This document shows, in pieces, positions 1 through 13,488 of a DNA stretch of 64,000 nucleotides (positions are counted from its first letter, which is position 1; every line of letters starts with the position of its first letter). The DNA comes from Octopus sinensis (Eukaryota): NCBI RefSeq assembly GCF_006345805.1, contig NC_043003.1:68262001-68326000 (forward strand), written 5' to 3'. Both the position numbers and the translations under genes were made by a program. Under the pieces are notes generated by a model that worked only from the letters and a program-made list of their open reading frames with translations, had not been told where the DNA came from and ran no database searches.

Positions 1-694
1 ACAAAGTTCGTCTGCAATAAAATAAATATTCTAGATATCTGCTACGTTAACGCCTGGAAGGTGCCTGTGTGATTGGACATATTCTAACTCTTGTTGTCCT
101 ATATCGATTTATCTTGACATTGTCTTTCTTTAAATCCTGACCCGTTCATTTTCTGCAGCAAAATAAAACAAGACCATATTGATAAGGACAAATCAAATAT
201 TATAATTCTGATCAATGATTTGTGTTGTCTCGTAATTCATTAATAGTATGTACCGACACGGACACCTAGCACTTATCTTCCTTCGTTCTTTCATTTAGGA
301 GACAAGTTTTCTAATCTGATAAATCTGTTAGTAATTTTATTGAAATGACTTACTGCAATAGAGACAACGTGATGTTGCTACTTATGCAATGTACCTCTAT
401 GAATAATATTAATATTCAGCCGCACATGAGGATTTCTACTAACAAATGATCTACACTTGATTCTAGATCCTGTTTCCTCCTTGTTTAAAGAGGAATATGT
501 ATGTGGGCTGAATAAAGACAGAAAGAGAGAGAGAGAAAAACTATTTCACCTTCATTCTTATGACGAAGTAAGTGTAACCGACCGAAGGTATAATTGCCAA
601 GAGAATGTATGCCATTAATACGTGTAGTATTGACTTCAAAACACTTAGACGTTTGTAATGGTTTCGTTGTTATTTGCCATTTAGGCCAGTGTTC

Positions 695-732
695 AATTTG
701 GTAGATGGAAACTGAAAGAAGCCTGTCGTATG

Positions 733-766
<34 letters not shown>

Positions 767-975
767 CAAATTTTGGGGTATATTTCACAGGCGAAATAAA
801 CCACTAGGTGCGCTAGGTAAATAAATAAATATAATATAATATAACATATATATTTTTTTTTCTAGTTTCAGCTCAGAGCTGCGGCCATGCTGATGCATAT
901 TTATTTATGTTCCCGTAACGTATCGTTTCGACCACAGACACCAATAGAATAAGTGTTAGGCTTCAAAAATAAATA
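695..975 (+). mobile_element. SINE family 1, decayed partial
   Basis: TTTGGTAGATGGAAACTGAAAGAAGCCTGTCG plus (TA)n, and a tail segment CCCGTAAC...AATAGAATAAGTGTTAGGCTT. Confidence 0.5.
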
Positions 976-1364
976 AGCTCACATGAGGATTTGTTAACGA
1001 CAAAATATTTGAAAAATATTCATTTTATGCCATTTACTCTTATCGATTTTTTTTTTTTTTTACTTCAATTGTATTATAAACATTTTCATTTTTCATGAAG
1101 TTTATGTAAATACTTCGCTACTAAGTATGCATTATTATAGCTGTTTTGATAATACAGAGCTCTAACTCCCAGGCACAAGTTTTGTCATATACCGCAACTA
1201 TATTCAACGGAAAACGTCTCACTTTTACAATAAAACGCTTAGTATTAGCGACATAGAGTAACCGAAACTGGTTCTAAAACGGCCAGAATCAGAATAAAGA
1301 GAAACACTCAAATGCATGTATGTTCATACACATATATTTATAATATCATATAACATCATGTAGG

Positions 1365-1580
1365 ATCAGGCGTGGCACCTTGGGTAAATGTCTTCTACTA
1401 CCGATGAAAGCTTTGTGAGAGGATTTAGTAAATGGAAACTGAAAGAAGCCTGTCATATATATACATATATTAATAATAGAATTATATATATATGTATGTA
1501 TATATATGTGTGTGTGTGCGTGTGTGTGTGTGCGTATATTTGAGTGTGTGTGTGTGTGTCTTTTGTCCTTGCATAACCAA
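1365..1580 (+). mobile_element. SINE family 1, partial
   Basis: GCGTGGCACCTTGGGTAAATGTCTTCTACTA...GGAAACTGAAAGAAGCCTGTC followed by TA/TG repeats. Confidence 0.65.
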
Positions 1581-3499
1581 TTCTCGACAAAAATATAGAG
1601 TAACTGTTTAGATTAATGATGAATTGATTTATTATATCTGGACATAAAAACTAACATAAATATTTATAAATATGAGAGGAATTGAATGTGTGTTTGTATG
1701 TGAATATTCATGTGTGTATGTGTGTGTGATATGTTTCTACAGTTCACATCAACCAAATTCACTTACAAATCAGTTTTAGTTTAATCGTAGAAGCCATTGC
1801 ACCCCCGTGAGATTGAATTTGTATCACCTTGGTTGCAAAGAAACTTCTCTGAACTCAAATCCATACAAGCACTATATTTGTGTGAAGAGTAAAAAGGTTA
1901 CAAAGAAAGAGATTCAGAGAAAATAAGTGATAGTGTTGCAAGTGTGAAAGTGCAATCATAATCAAATGCAATCTTGAATAACATATTACATATAAGTATA
2001 TGAATATTCATTCTCTATGCAAATTGCTAACCATCTACAGCTGTGTATGTAGGAAATTATCATAAATTTGCGTAAACTGGAAATGTATGAAAAAGTTATA
2101 CAGAAAAACAAATTGCAAATGCATGGCGAGTGTACAACTATTTCTCTAGTGATGAGTTAATATTCAAAATATATACCTGATCAAAATATTAACAGCTAAT
2201 CAAATGTTTAGTTATGGCTGAATGAACTTTGGTGTATTAAATTTCCATAAGTTCCCTTTTCGTTATATATTGTAGTGTAACGTTAAGCTCACAGTGTTTT
2301 AACCTCCATCTAAATGAACTTGTATACTAACACATGCAGTTTTCAGTTAGAATAAGAATCAAACTAACAACAAACTATAGCTATTGTCATGTGGGAATGC
2401 AAAGTATCGATTTTATATTTTGTATTATCCCTACCAATGAAATATGTGCTATCATTTTGCTAATTTACGTTTCTCGCTACCGTTTTTTTTTTTTTTTTTG
2501 CTGCCAGTTCTCTAATTTATGTTTCGGACAGTCAACATATCTCATTTTTCAACATTTCAACAATTCTCATTTTTCTTAATCGAAAATAAAGGAATGATTA
2601 AGAACTATTCTAATCCACTTATGACATGCATTTTATGCACCAACTAATGATATTCCGTATGATAATTGTCTTTATTAACGATGACTTATATGTCCGATGT
2701 CATTCCTGTATTACACGAACCAAATATTGGAAGTCTGAGAAGTTTATTCCGATTACTTATGACATCAATTGTATTTAACACTAACTCATGAAAATCTCAT
2801 TTGATGATGATAACCTTATGATTTAGACACGAAACCTCGTTCATTCCATAATCTAACGTCCCTATATCTCCAGGATTATGTTGGGTGTAGTCCCCAAGCA
2901 GTATAAATGAAACATAATACGTAAAATTCACAGATGAAAAAACTAATTTTACAGGACAGTTTTTTCATGCAACTCCAGACTGCCATCATAAATGTTGCGA
3001 TGTTATCTCTCAGTTACTAAAATTTTACAGACAATTACTCTTTTACAGAAATCTGCTACAACTTTTCTACCCATTTCGCAATTCGAATGACGCTAGTGCT
3101 GACGAAGCGTCAACGTTTACTTTCCTTAAGCTCACTGCGTTACTATTCCTTACTTCTGCGGGCGTACAGCTTCATCGGGCCGTTTATGTATTTATCACAT
3201 GCAAAATTTTCTCCAAAATCTGTGATCAACGTAGAAAATCATCCAAATGTTGCTTTTCCACCACATTTAATCCTTGGGTCCCATTGGAAGCTTCTCTCCT
3301 TACCACATCTTTCTCTCCCATTCTTTATCTACCTACTCTAACACCATAAGTGTATCTCACAGTCTTTGGAGAAAAGGAAATACATCCCATCCCATCCTAG
3401 GAAAATAGTCAGTCAGACTGATCGAATACATTTAAGGGGAGATGTTTTGCACATACTTCAATTGCATAAAACATATCAGGAATGAACATTACTTACATT

Positions 3500-3638
3500 A
3501 TCTACATTATCTACATCTGACGGATATTTGTCCTCATCTTGTTGTTAACAAAATTTTCGGCTGATATACCCTCCAACCTTATTCAGGTATCTTGGGGAAA
3601 TTTCGAACTTGAATTCTAATTCCTAAGGTATTTTTCGA

Positions 3639-3676
<38 letters not shown>

Positions 3677-3781
3677 TATTATTATTTATTATTATTATTA
3701 TTATTTTTGTTGTTGTTGTTGTTGTTGTGTTTGTGGTTGTTGTTGTTGCCATCGTCGTTGTCGTTGTTGCTGCTATTATTA

Positions 3782-3813
<32 letters not shown>

Positions 3814-4075
3814 TTTTTTTTTTTTATTTTTTTTTTTATTATTATTATTATATTATTATTATTATTATTATATTATTATTATTATCGAATTCGGAATCTT
3901 GGGGTTACTAGCCTGCGCTTTGAACCACTACGCATATCTTAGGAATGAGAAACTCAGGTCGCAAATTTCCCCCAAGACTCTTGATGTAGTCTTGAGGATA
4001 TATCAGCCGAAACGTTGTGTTAACAAGATGAGGACAAATATCATCAAATGTTAATAATATAAATAAGGTACGTAA
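3500..4075. repeat. Inverted pair of Penelope-like terminal segments around an (ATT)n/(GTT)n microsatellite
   Basis: 3518-3627 is the reverse complement of 3938-4050 (CTTAGGAAT...TATATCAGCCGAAA...AACAAGATGAGGACAAATATC). Both arms carry a decayed hammerhead-like ...CAGCC-GAAA motif. The Penelope assignment is inference. Confidence 0.65.
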
Positions 4076-4186
4076 TTCCGCATCTCTCAAATACAGAACT
4101 GTAATATCAGGAATGATCGCTGATAGTTACATGCTTCATAAAACTAAGTGTCTTTCCTGCCACAATACTTATTTTTATGATTCCAG

Positions 4187-4243
4187 TAAAGCGGAAATTT
4201 TCTTTTTCTGTATCTGGTGCATCACTATTCCATTAGCATTCAG
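4187..4243 (+). other. Candidate 57-nt internal exon of an unidentified host gene
   Basis: TTATTTTTATGATTCCAG| ... CAG|GTGAGG. Open in phase 2-2 as KAEIFFFCIWCITIPLAF. No homology recognised. Confidence 0.25.
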
Positions 4244-4326
4244 GTGAGGATTTTATGATTGTATTTATTTTATTTCAATCAACAAGCATAGTATATTGTT
4301 TGGAAATCTAGATAAGAGACATATAT

Positions 4327-4385
<59 letters not shown>

Positions 4386-4867
4386 ATAAGTATGTATGTA
4401 TATTTATATATACACACACAATACGGAAGACACCTACTCAAGGTATGAAATTTTCCAGTTCGTGTGCAAACTGCGATCGTGGCCGTATATATTCTCATCA
4501 ATTCTAGTTTTAAAACAACCTGAATAGACTACGCTATATAACTCGCATCAGGTCCCATTACAGGAGCAGTAGACATTAGCGTTTCCTCACTTTTTCACTT
4601 GTCACTAAGTGGTATTAACAAGTAACAAAATGACGTAACATTTATTCCTAGCATTTTTACAACAGCAAATGTAACTGGACCTGATGAAAGTTATCTCGCT
4701 TGTCCATGACTTACAGATGTGTTAACGCAAGGAGATTTAAATAGAATATATTCTCTTACGCTTATAATCACCGCCTATCAACGAACTGGAAAAAACATTC
4801 ATTTTGTGTTTGTGGGTTCGATATTTTTTACATATTTCAGGTTGCTTCTCATTCATATTTGAATATA

Positions 4868-5175
4868 CACGGCGTCCCAGAAGAAACCAAACCCTAATTA
4901 TTGTTAACAGTTACAAATAAATGCAGCAGCTAGATCATAATAAGTAGTACAAAACGGCGTATTCTTCATGTTGAGACATTAAAGGCCACAACTTTTCCTT
5001 TAAAATTTTAAGACAATCAGCAAATCACAATATATACGTTTCATTTATTATTTTGCACATTACTTAAACATCGTTATATATTTAATCTTACATTTAGTAA
5101 TTTTCTAGACGGTATAATTTAATTTTTCATTATTGAATTGATATAAGGTGTTTTTTTTCAAATTTATATATATAC

Positions 5176-5211
<36 letters not shown>

Positions 5212-5256
5212 GTATGTATATATATATATATATATTATATATATATATATATATAG

Positions 5257-5295
<39 letters not shown>

Positions 5296-5310
5296 TACAT
5301 ACATGCATAC

Positions 5311-5359
<49 letters not shown>

Positions 5360-5364
5360 TGTAG

Positions 5365-5434
<70 letters not shown>

Positions 5435-5650
5435 TATATATGAACAGGATGGCTCAGAAGTAACCGACACTCTATTGAATTTATTGTCCATATTTAAAAT
5501 CATACCTTAAAATTTTAAAGGAAAAGTTGTGGGCTATAGTGTGCTAACATGAAGAATACGTCGTTTTGTACTACTAATTATGATCTACCTGCTCCATTTA
5601 TTTGTAGCTTTTAACAATAATTAGGGTTCGGTTACTTCAAGAACGCTGTG
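4868..5650. mobile_element. Tc1/mariner-type MITE with ~160-bp TIRs and an internal (TA)n tract
   Basis: 4868-~5025 (CACGGCGTCCCAGAAGAAACCAAACCCTAATTATTG...) is the reverse complement of ~5495-5650. TA dinucleotides at 4866-4867 and 5651-5652. No coding capacity. Confidence 0.85.
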
Positions 5651-5841
5651 TATATTCAAATATGTGTGTGTATATGTATATGCATATATATATATATGTA
5701 TATGTTATGTATATATATATATATATATATGTATATGTTATGTATATATATATATATGTATATGGTTGTATGTATATATATATGATGTATATATGCATGA
5801 ATGTGTGTATATATACATATATGTATGTATGTATATATGTA

Positions 5842-6479
5842 CGGGGCGCCGAACTTACACGAGGATGAAAATAATACTGACATCTTATTTTAATAGATAT
5901 ATTACCAAAATTACATGAATATATCTTGAAATACTAAAGAGTAAATTTATTCAATAAAATCGGCAATGACGTCACCCACGGCCTCTAGACGACTTTGGAA
6001 TCTCCTGAAACTCTTCTGGATGGATTCCTTGTTGAAGATGGTGAATACTGCCATCATCCTTACCGACTTTGGTGTTACAATGCGTTTTGTTGGTCTCTCA
6101 CTCAACTGCTTTCCACACATATTGATCGGGTGGGGGGCAGTTTGGGGAGTTAGGTGGCCAAACATTAGGGGTGACGTGATCGCAGAAATTGTCTGACAAC
6201 CATGATTGGTTTCTCCTCCCTCTGTGACATGCTGCCAAATCATGTAATCAGACATAAATTTTTCCAGCAATCCCCATCTTGACAAAGAGCAGCACTACCT
6301 CCTCCAGGCAGATGTTCCAACCTCCATGTTGAATCTGAAGCCGTGTGAGAATATGAATGGAGGAATAGGTTCGTCATCACTAGTGATTACTCTAAACAAC
6401 ATGGTGTTGAGAGTACATTCTCAGTACATGTACTCAGATTGCACAAAATAGAAAATGGTGACAATTTCCCTATGGCATC

Positions 6480-6482
<3 letters not shown>
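5842..6482 (-). mobile_element. Internally deleted maT/DD37D-type (IS630-Tc1-mariner) transposon
   Basis: Minus-strand translation LHD-LAACHRGRRNQSWLSDNFCDHVTPNVWPPNSPNCPPP-DQYVW places 37 residues between the second and third catalytic D. In-frame stops present. Degenerate TIRs CAGGATGCC...AATTGTC and CGGGGCGCC, each flanked by TA. Confidence 0.85.
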
Positions 6483-6531
<49 letters not shown>

Positions 6532-6536
<5 letters not shown>

Positions 6537-6690
6537 GAGTTGACGAAAAAAACAAAAGACGAAAACAGGTGGCGTACAAAACAAACAGATGTATTAGTAT
6601 AACGCTCAGGAATAAAAAAAAAGTATTTTGCGTTTCGAGCCTATGCTCTGCTACAGAAAGGGACACAGAAAAAAAACAGGAGATCATATG
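6532..6690. repeat. Interspersed repeat A (Penelope-like terminus) abutting (TA)n
   Basis: Homologous to 52308-52470 (GTACAAAACAAACAGATGTATTAGTATAACGCTCAGGAAT...CGTTTCGAG..TA.GCTCT). The first ~25 nt recur at 28378. Confidence 0.7.
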
Positions 6691-6957
6691 TATTATCCTT
6701 GCCTAATAATATTAATATTATCCATGAAGTCAATCCAGCAATGTTAATATACGTAACACGATAAAACATGAAGCTATAAACGTGTTCAACTTTATGAGAG
6801 TGAGGGATAATTCAGAATAAAGATAATCTAACGTATAAAAGACTTACAGACTTGCATATCAAACATACATTCCCATCATCAGCGAAACCCAAAGGATTAT
6901 GACCACGCAGCATTGGTTTTTGCGGTAGGACATAGAACTGAATACTTTTCGAACGCA

Positions 6958-6994
<37 letters not shown>

Positions 6995-9058
6995 GCAAAT
7001 ATCTTCCATCGAGTGATACCTGCCAAAGCATTTTATTCGATTGCAGCAAGAACCGGTAATAAGTACGCCTGTGCCGCCTCCCCATGCTATTAAATCTTCC
7101 ATCTTTTATATTTCTATCAATAATTCTTATTTATGGCACTCACCAGGTTACAAACTAAACATCTCTCATCAGCCATACAACAAAGCATGTGGAAAATTGT
7201 TTGGAAGAAATTCTGTAATTAGATGGCGATTCAGCCTCGTTCAACAGTAAATTTATCCATAAAGTATAGAGGTGAAAGGCAACTTTCTGCACAACGCAAA
7301 ATCTAAACCTCACTAATACATACTTTACTCAGAGTCTCTATAAACAATAGGCTTCAAGTCCAGTGACTGAAAAATCAAATATTTCATGGTATGTCACTAT
7401 GGTAACGCTATATTGGCAATGACAGCAATTTTCAAAGAACATGAAAACACACACTAAACCACTGCTCACATCAATTAGATGTCTTTTGTTGTTGCACAAG
7501 AAAGCACATACATCGACTCTCAGATGGCACTGTCGCTGTAAAAGTGCGTTTTTGCGTTTGTGTAGTTAATATTGACTTTTTCTTTCTGCACAATTCCATC
7601 TTACGTATCGAAATATGTCCTCATATTAAAGAGGCTTTTGCTTGATTTTTCATATTCAGACATCTTGATTACAATAGATGCATTCACATTCTCCCTTTAC
7701 TTAACAGAACTAAATTTTTAAGAAGCTTTGTCTGTAAAAGAACGATATCAATAGTATAATTTGCATTCGCCTATTTTTCTTGTGGTTCGGTGACAAACAA
7801 AGGCATATTTTTGTTAAAGTAAAGCCGAGTACTGAAAATTTGTCAATTGAAGTGCGTAGTAGGGTATTTGTATGGATATAAATCCAAGCAGTTTACATTA
7901 TATTGGGTGAATGATAGCTTATTAATTTCTTCCTGAGGTGAATTATAAACTTAAACGAAGTCAAATAGATTATGAAATGAATTATAATCACGTAATTGAG
8001 TTGACAGAAATTATTCTTCTAAGCTAGCTTCGTCAAACAAATAACAGAAATATTCCAAAGAAATTTATTTGTCGTGCAGCGTATAAAACTCATGCAGATC
8101 AGGAATATATTGATTTCGAACGATCGTATAAATATGTGCCGAATGAAATAGTCGATTAAATCGACATCTGTGAGGCGTTTTTAAAATTGAATTGAAGGGT
8201 GAATGCACAGTCGTTTTAAAGAAATTAAGAATGGAAAGGAATCAAGCGAAACGATAAATGCATTTAACGTGTTATTCTACAGTTTTGATATTTAATACTT
8301 CTCCGAAGGCGTCAGAAGAATATTAGAAAAACCAAAGAAGATTTTTGAAGCATAACTGTCGCTATTAATTTCCTATGATTTTTATCTCATGGAGACAACA
8401 TATGAATCAACGTGTCTCCATTTATTTCACCAACCTAATTCAAATAAGATCTTGCATCTAGTATTACACCCCAGATAATATATTCTATGTCAAATTCTCG
8501 ATTCCAGTCAACGTAATTCCATTAATCCTTGCATTATGGATTTTAGCCACTATCTGATTACGTTACAATCCATAACTTGCATTTCACAGATAAAAGTCGG
8601 GATGATACATTCATCCATTTGTGGTTACATGATAGAGATGTGAGTATGCGTCTGTGTCTGTGCATGTGTGTGCACGTGTGGGTTCGGCTATACGCATTAG
8701 CTTCCATTGCGCCATAGTATATTTAATAAGTGTGTACGCAGGCAGGAGCGAGACAATGGGGAATTATGCATCCCGAAGGAAGAGTAATAAAATGTGGCAT
8801 CTGTTTAAACCCCACACGAAAAATACGCATGTATGCAAATATACACACGCACATACACACATACACTCACACGTATATATATATGAATATATATTAAGTC
8901 ATATGCATATGTATATATAAACACGTGATTATACATATGTATATACCTATACAAATATATATACATATATACATGTGAGTGTGTGTGTGTTTTGGTAGCC
9001 AGATAGATAGATAAAGGTATATACCTACAGCTATGCATATTTACATGTATGCGCATAG

Positions 9059-9103
<45 letters not shown>

Positions 9104-9588
9104 TGAGTTTGACAAAGACACATTCATGAAATCAGGTTTATATTTCACCATAGTCTTCTTTGCGATCCTTTCTCGTATGCCATTAGTGTTGTAGTGTTGT
9201 TTGTATCCAGTTTATGAAGATGCTTTCATCTTGTTGGTAAAAAACAGACATCAACGGTAAATATGAGGTCGCCATCAGTGCATATATATATATAGTCATG
9301 TATGTGTGTGTGTGAACATTATCGACCACATAATTAACGAAAAGGAAGCGCATGTTTGAAAAAGTATCCTCCACCACGCAATTACTCAGCCTACTAGCAG
9401 ATAAATGTTTTCTGTTTTCTAGGTATATGTGTTTCATAACGTTTATCACACTAGTGCTGTTTCTATTTTATACTCGATTTATAGCTACGTTCGTGCTGCC
9501 CAGCCATACTCTCACATAGTTTGCATGCTATATGCATATTAATTGTGGACTGACGATATGGTTATTCTCCGATATACTGTTCCCGTAC

Positions 9589-9635
9589 GTGATGTTGATA
9601 CGCCACTCAAGTGGCGAAACATAGATGTTCATCAC
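9589..9635 (+). ncRNA. Candidate variant hammerhead fold (U3/A8/C9 core)
   Basis: Perfect stems GTGATG/CATCAC, GCCAC-tcaa-GTGGC and ACA-taga-TGT, with exact hammerhead junction lengths, GAAA and a GTT triplet. The core reads TTGATAC instead of CTGANGA. Confidence 0.45.
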
Positions 9636-9922
9636 TCGTGGATTGGGTTATACGTGAATTATCTCGCCTTTGAGGTGTTTTATTTGCCGGCACTTTGACA
9701 GCATATTCTCCACCACGCTATATCGCAGCCTACACGCAAATACACGGAGCGTATATGTTAAGTATATATTTTAGATAATGTTTCTTATATTAACGTTGCT
9801 TCTATTTCATATCTGAATACATACACACGCACATACATACATACATACATACATACAAACATACATACATACATACATACATACATACATACATACATAC
9901 ATACATACATACATACATACAT

Positions 9923-10420
9923 GGTGGCTGTCCCCTCGTTATCGAGTATGCCCATTGCACGAAGATTAATCAATCTTGCCATCGTGCAATGCCTGTGCAA
10001 GAAGATTTTTTTTGAAGTGGGGTAAGGCTGTGCACTGAGCCAATCCCACTCATTAAGCAACAGTAGCCATAATCCGAAAAAAAGAACAAGTCAAGATCAT
10101 TGGTAAGCAGTGAGCCGCAGGTATTATATCGGAGTTATCCCAGTTACCTGAGTTACCTTCTCCTAGAAGGATGCCCTAACAAAGGCTAGGAGTCCTTCAC
10201 TCCCAATGGTTTAACCGCGCGATCGGGTATTCAGTCCGATTATTTCTATGTCCCCGAGCATGATACAGCCTTAAGACATTTATTGGATGGCCGTTGACTC
10301 TCAAGAGTTCCTCCGCCCTTTGACGGGTTCTGTTTTTCATCACGAAGGGTGTCCAATAAACACCCTCCTCACCAAGAAAGCTTGGTGGGGTTGCCAGTTT
10401 AGTCGCCGACGACCCGACCA
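9923..10420 (+). mobile_element. Probable retroelement 5'-end fragment (RTE-like UTR) between two (CATA)n arrays
   Basis: GC-richer block sharply bounded by (CATA)n. CCTTCTCCTAGAAGGATGCCCTAACAAAGGCT resembles RTE 5' UTR motifs from memory. No ORF support. Confidence 0.35.
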
Positions 10421-10525
10421 TGCAACATGCATACATACATACATACATACATGCATACATACATACAACATACATATAAATATATATGTGTGTGTATGTA
10501 TATATATTATTTTATCATTTTATTA

Positions 10526-10733
10526 TTTTACTTGTTTCAGTCACTTGACTTCAGCCCTGCTGGAGCACGGCCTTTAGTCGAACAAATCGACGCCAGGGTT
10601 TATTCTTTGAAAGCCTAATACTTATTCTATTCGTCTCTTTCGCCGACCCACTAAATTACAGAGATATAAATACACCAACATCGGTTGTGAGACGATGGTG
10701 GATGGGACAAATACAGGCATGCAAATACATACA

Positions 10734-10787
<54 letters not shown>

Positions 10788-10945
10788 CGACGAGATTCTT
10801 TCAGTTTCCGTCTACCAAATGCAACCACAAAGCTTTGGTCGGCCTGAGGCTATAGTAGAAGACACTTTCTCAAGGCGCTACGCAGTAGGACTGAACCCGG
10901 AAACATGTGGTTGGGAATCAAGTTCCTTACCAGACAGCGAACATA
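10526..10945 (-). mobile_element. tRNA-derived SINE, family 1 (CORE-like, octopus OR-type), with internal (CA)n/(TA)n
   Basis: Sense strand: tRNA-like head with GGTTCAGTCC B-box-like motif, CCTTG..AAAGTGTCTTCTACTATAGCC...GGAAACTGAAAGAA body, microsatellite, and tail ending TGACTGAAACAAGTAAAA. Homologous copies occur elsewhere in the window. Confidence 0.8.
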
Positions 10946-10996
10946 CGTCTATATATATGTATATATATATATGTATATATATATAATATATATATA

Positions 10997-11051
<55 letters not shown>

Positions 11052-12269
11052 ATATGTACGTATATATAAATCTAGCCTACATACTATGCTAATATCGTAA
11101 TGCTGCTTACCTATTTTTGTGATGTTCGTTTCCCAAACTTGAAAATGTCATATTCCTACTACTAAAATGACTAATAATACTATCACTCACACTACTACTG
11201 CTACTCTACTAAGTACTATACGCTTTATGGCTGCTACTCCATTGTATCCTGTATTTACGCTTTTGTACTTCATCCACTATCCTAATCTTCATCCACTTTC
11301 CTCACACAATAACCATTCTTCAAGGGCTCTGTTAGTTATTTCCAGCAATGGCTCTTCAGAAGGTATCACTAATTTTCTTAGGTCTTTCAATTTACCTCAA
11401 TTGATCCATAGATCAATTTAGCAAACCTATCTATAATGACTACTGGAAACAGCTGTAAGCTTAAATTGTTACAATAAAGGAATTATTTGTAATGCCCATT
11501 ATTTTAAATTGTATCTTACATATACATGTGTGTGAGTGTGTGTGTGTGTGCCTACAACAGCATATATCTTTATCAATTTTGTGCGTATTTTCATCTAAGG
11601 CATTGAAAGTTGTCCTGCTGCAAATGCTTTCATCTGTGTTGATTTCCGTGTCTAAGTACTCAGCAAAGAAGAGCTGATGTAAAACAGAACAAATCATAAA
11701 CCTAATCTAGATCGTCATTTAGAAACTTTAAAATGTATCTTACTATATGAAATCTATTCTACTCAGGAAGGAAATGAAAATTACCAAGATTCGGAACTCT
11801 CATATGTCGTATACGATACACACACACACGCACGCACCCACATACACACACAGTCTCACTCACTCACATATTTCGAGAATGGTATCCGTATCTAATATAG
11901 GAGAGAGAATCGGAATGTTGGAAGGTAAATATGGTATACCAAGAATCAAATTTACAGATTAATATCTTATTCATCCATCTATTAGAATTTCCCGTTATTA
12001 TTATGTATGTATAAGTCTCTATTTATGCATCTGTGTACGTGCGCGTGAATTTATATTTTGCGGTAGTGTGTTCGGGGTAATCTGAGAGTGAACAATCAAT
12101 AAGGATAAATATTCATACTCGAAACTCATTAAGAATTAATGAGCAAAAAACAAGAAAAATAGCAGTTCCTGGTGAGGCTACGCTCCATCTCTCAAAGCTG
12201 TCAGTAAAAAAGAAAAGCATGATTATATATGTTATAACCATAGGTAGACAGACAGACAGACAGGCAGGC

Positions 12270-12314
<45 letters not shown>

Positions 12315-12418
12315 GGCAGACAGACACATACATACATACATACATTCATACATACATACAACATACATATAAATATATATGTGTGTGTATGTATATATAT
12401 TATTTTATCATTTTATTA

Positions 12419-12838
12419 TTTTACTTGTTTCAGTCACTTGACTTCAGCCCTGCTGGAGCACGGCCTTTAGTCGAACAAATCGACGCCAGGGTTTATTCTT
12501 TGAAAGCCTAATACTTATTCTATTCGTCTCTTTCGCCGACCCACTAATTACAGAGATATAAATACACCAACATCGGTTGTGAGACGATGGTGGATGGGAC
12601 AAATACAGGCATGCAAATACATACACACACATACACACACACACACACACACCACACACACACACACATATATATATATACGACGAGATTCTTTCAGTTT
12701 CCGTCTACCAATGCAACCACAAAGCTTTGGTCGGCCTGAGGCTATAGTAGAAGACACTTTCTCAAGGCGCTACGCAGTAGGACTGAACCCGGAAACATGT
12801 GGTTGGGAATCAAGTTCCTTACCAGACAGCGAACATAC
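12419..12838 (-). mobile_element. SINE family 1 copy inside the second unit of the tandem duplication
   Basis: Near-identical to 10526-10945. Confidence 0.8.
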
Positions 12839-12851
12839 GTCTATATATATG

Positions 12852-12957
<106 letters not shown>

Positions 12958-13449
12958 GTATATATAAATCTAGCCTACATACTATGCTAATATCGTAATG
13001 CTGCTTACCTATTTTTGTGATTGTTCGTTTCCCAAACTTGAAAATGTCATATTCCTACTACTAAAATGACTAATAATACTATCACTCACACTACTACTGC
13101 TACTCTACTAAGTACTATACGCTTTATGGCTGCTACTCCATTGTATCCTGTATTTACGCTTTTGTACTTCATCCACTATCCTAATCTTCATCCACTTTCC
13201 TCACACAATAACCATTCTTCAAGGGCTCTGTTAGTTATTTCCAGCAATGGCTCTTCAGAAGGTATCACTAATTTTCTTAGGTCTTTCAATTTACCTCAAT
13301 TGATCCATAGATCAATTTAGCAACCTATCTATAATGACTACTGGAAACAGCCGTAAGCTTAAATTGTTACAATAAAGGAATTATTTGTAATGGCCATTAT
13401 TTTAAATTGTCTCTTACATATACATGTGTGTGAGTGTGTGTGTGTGTGT

Positions 13450-13488
<39 letters not shown>

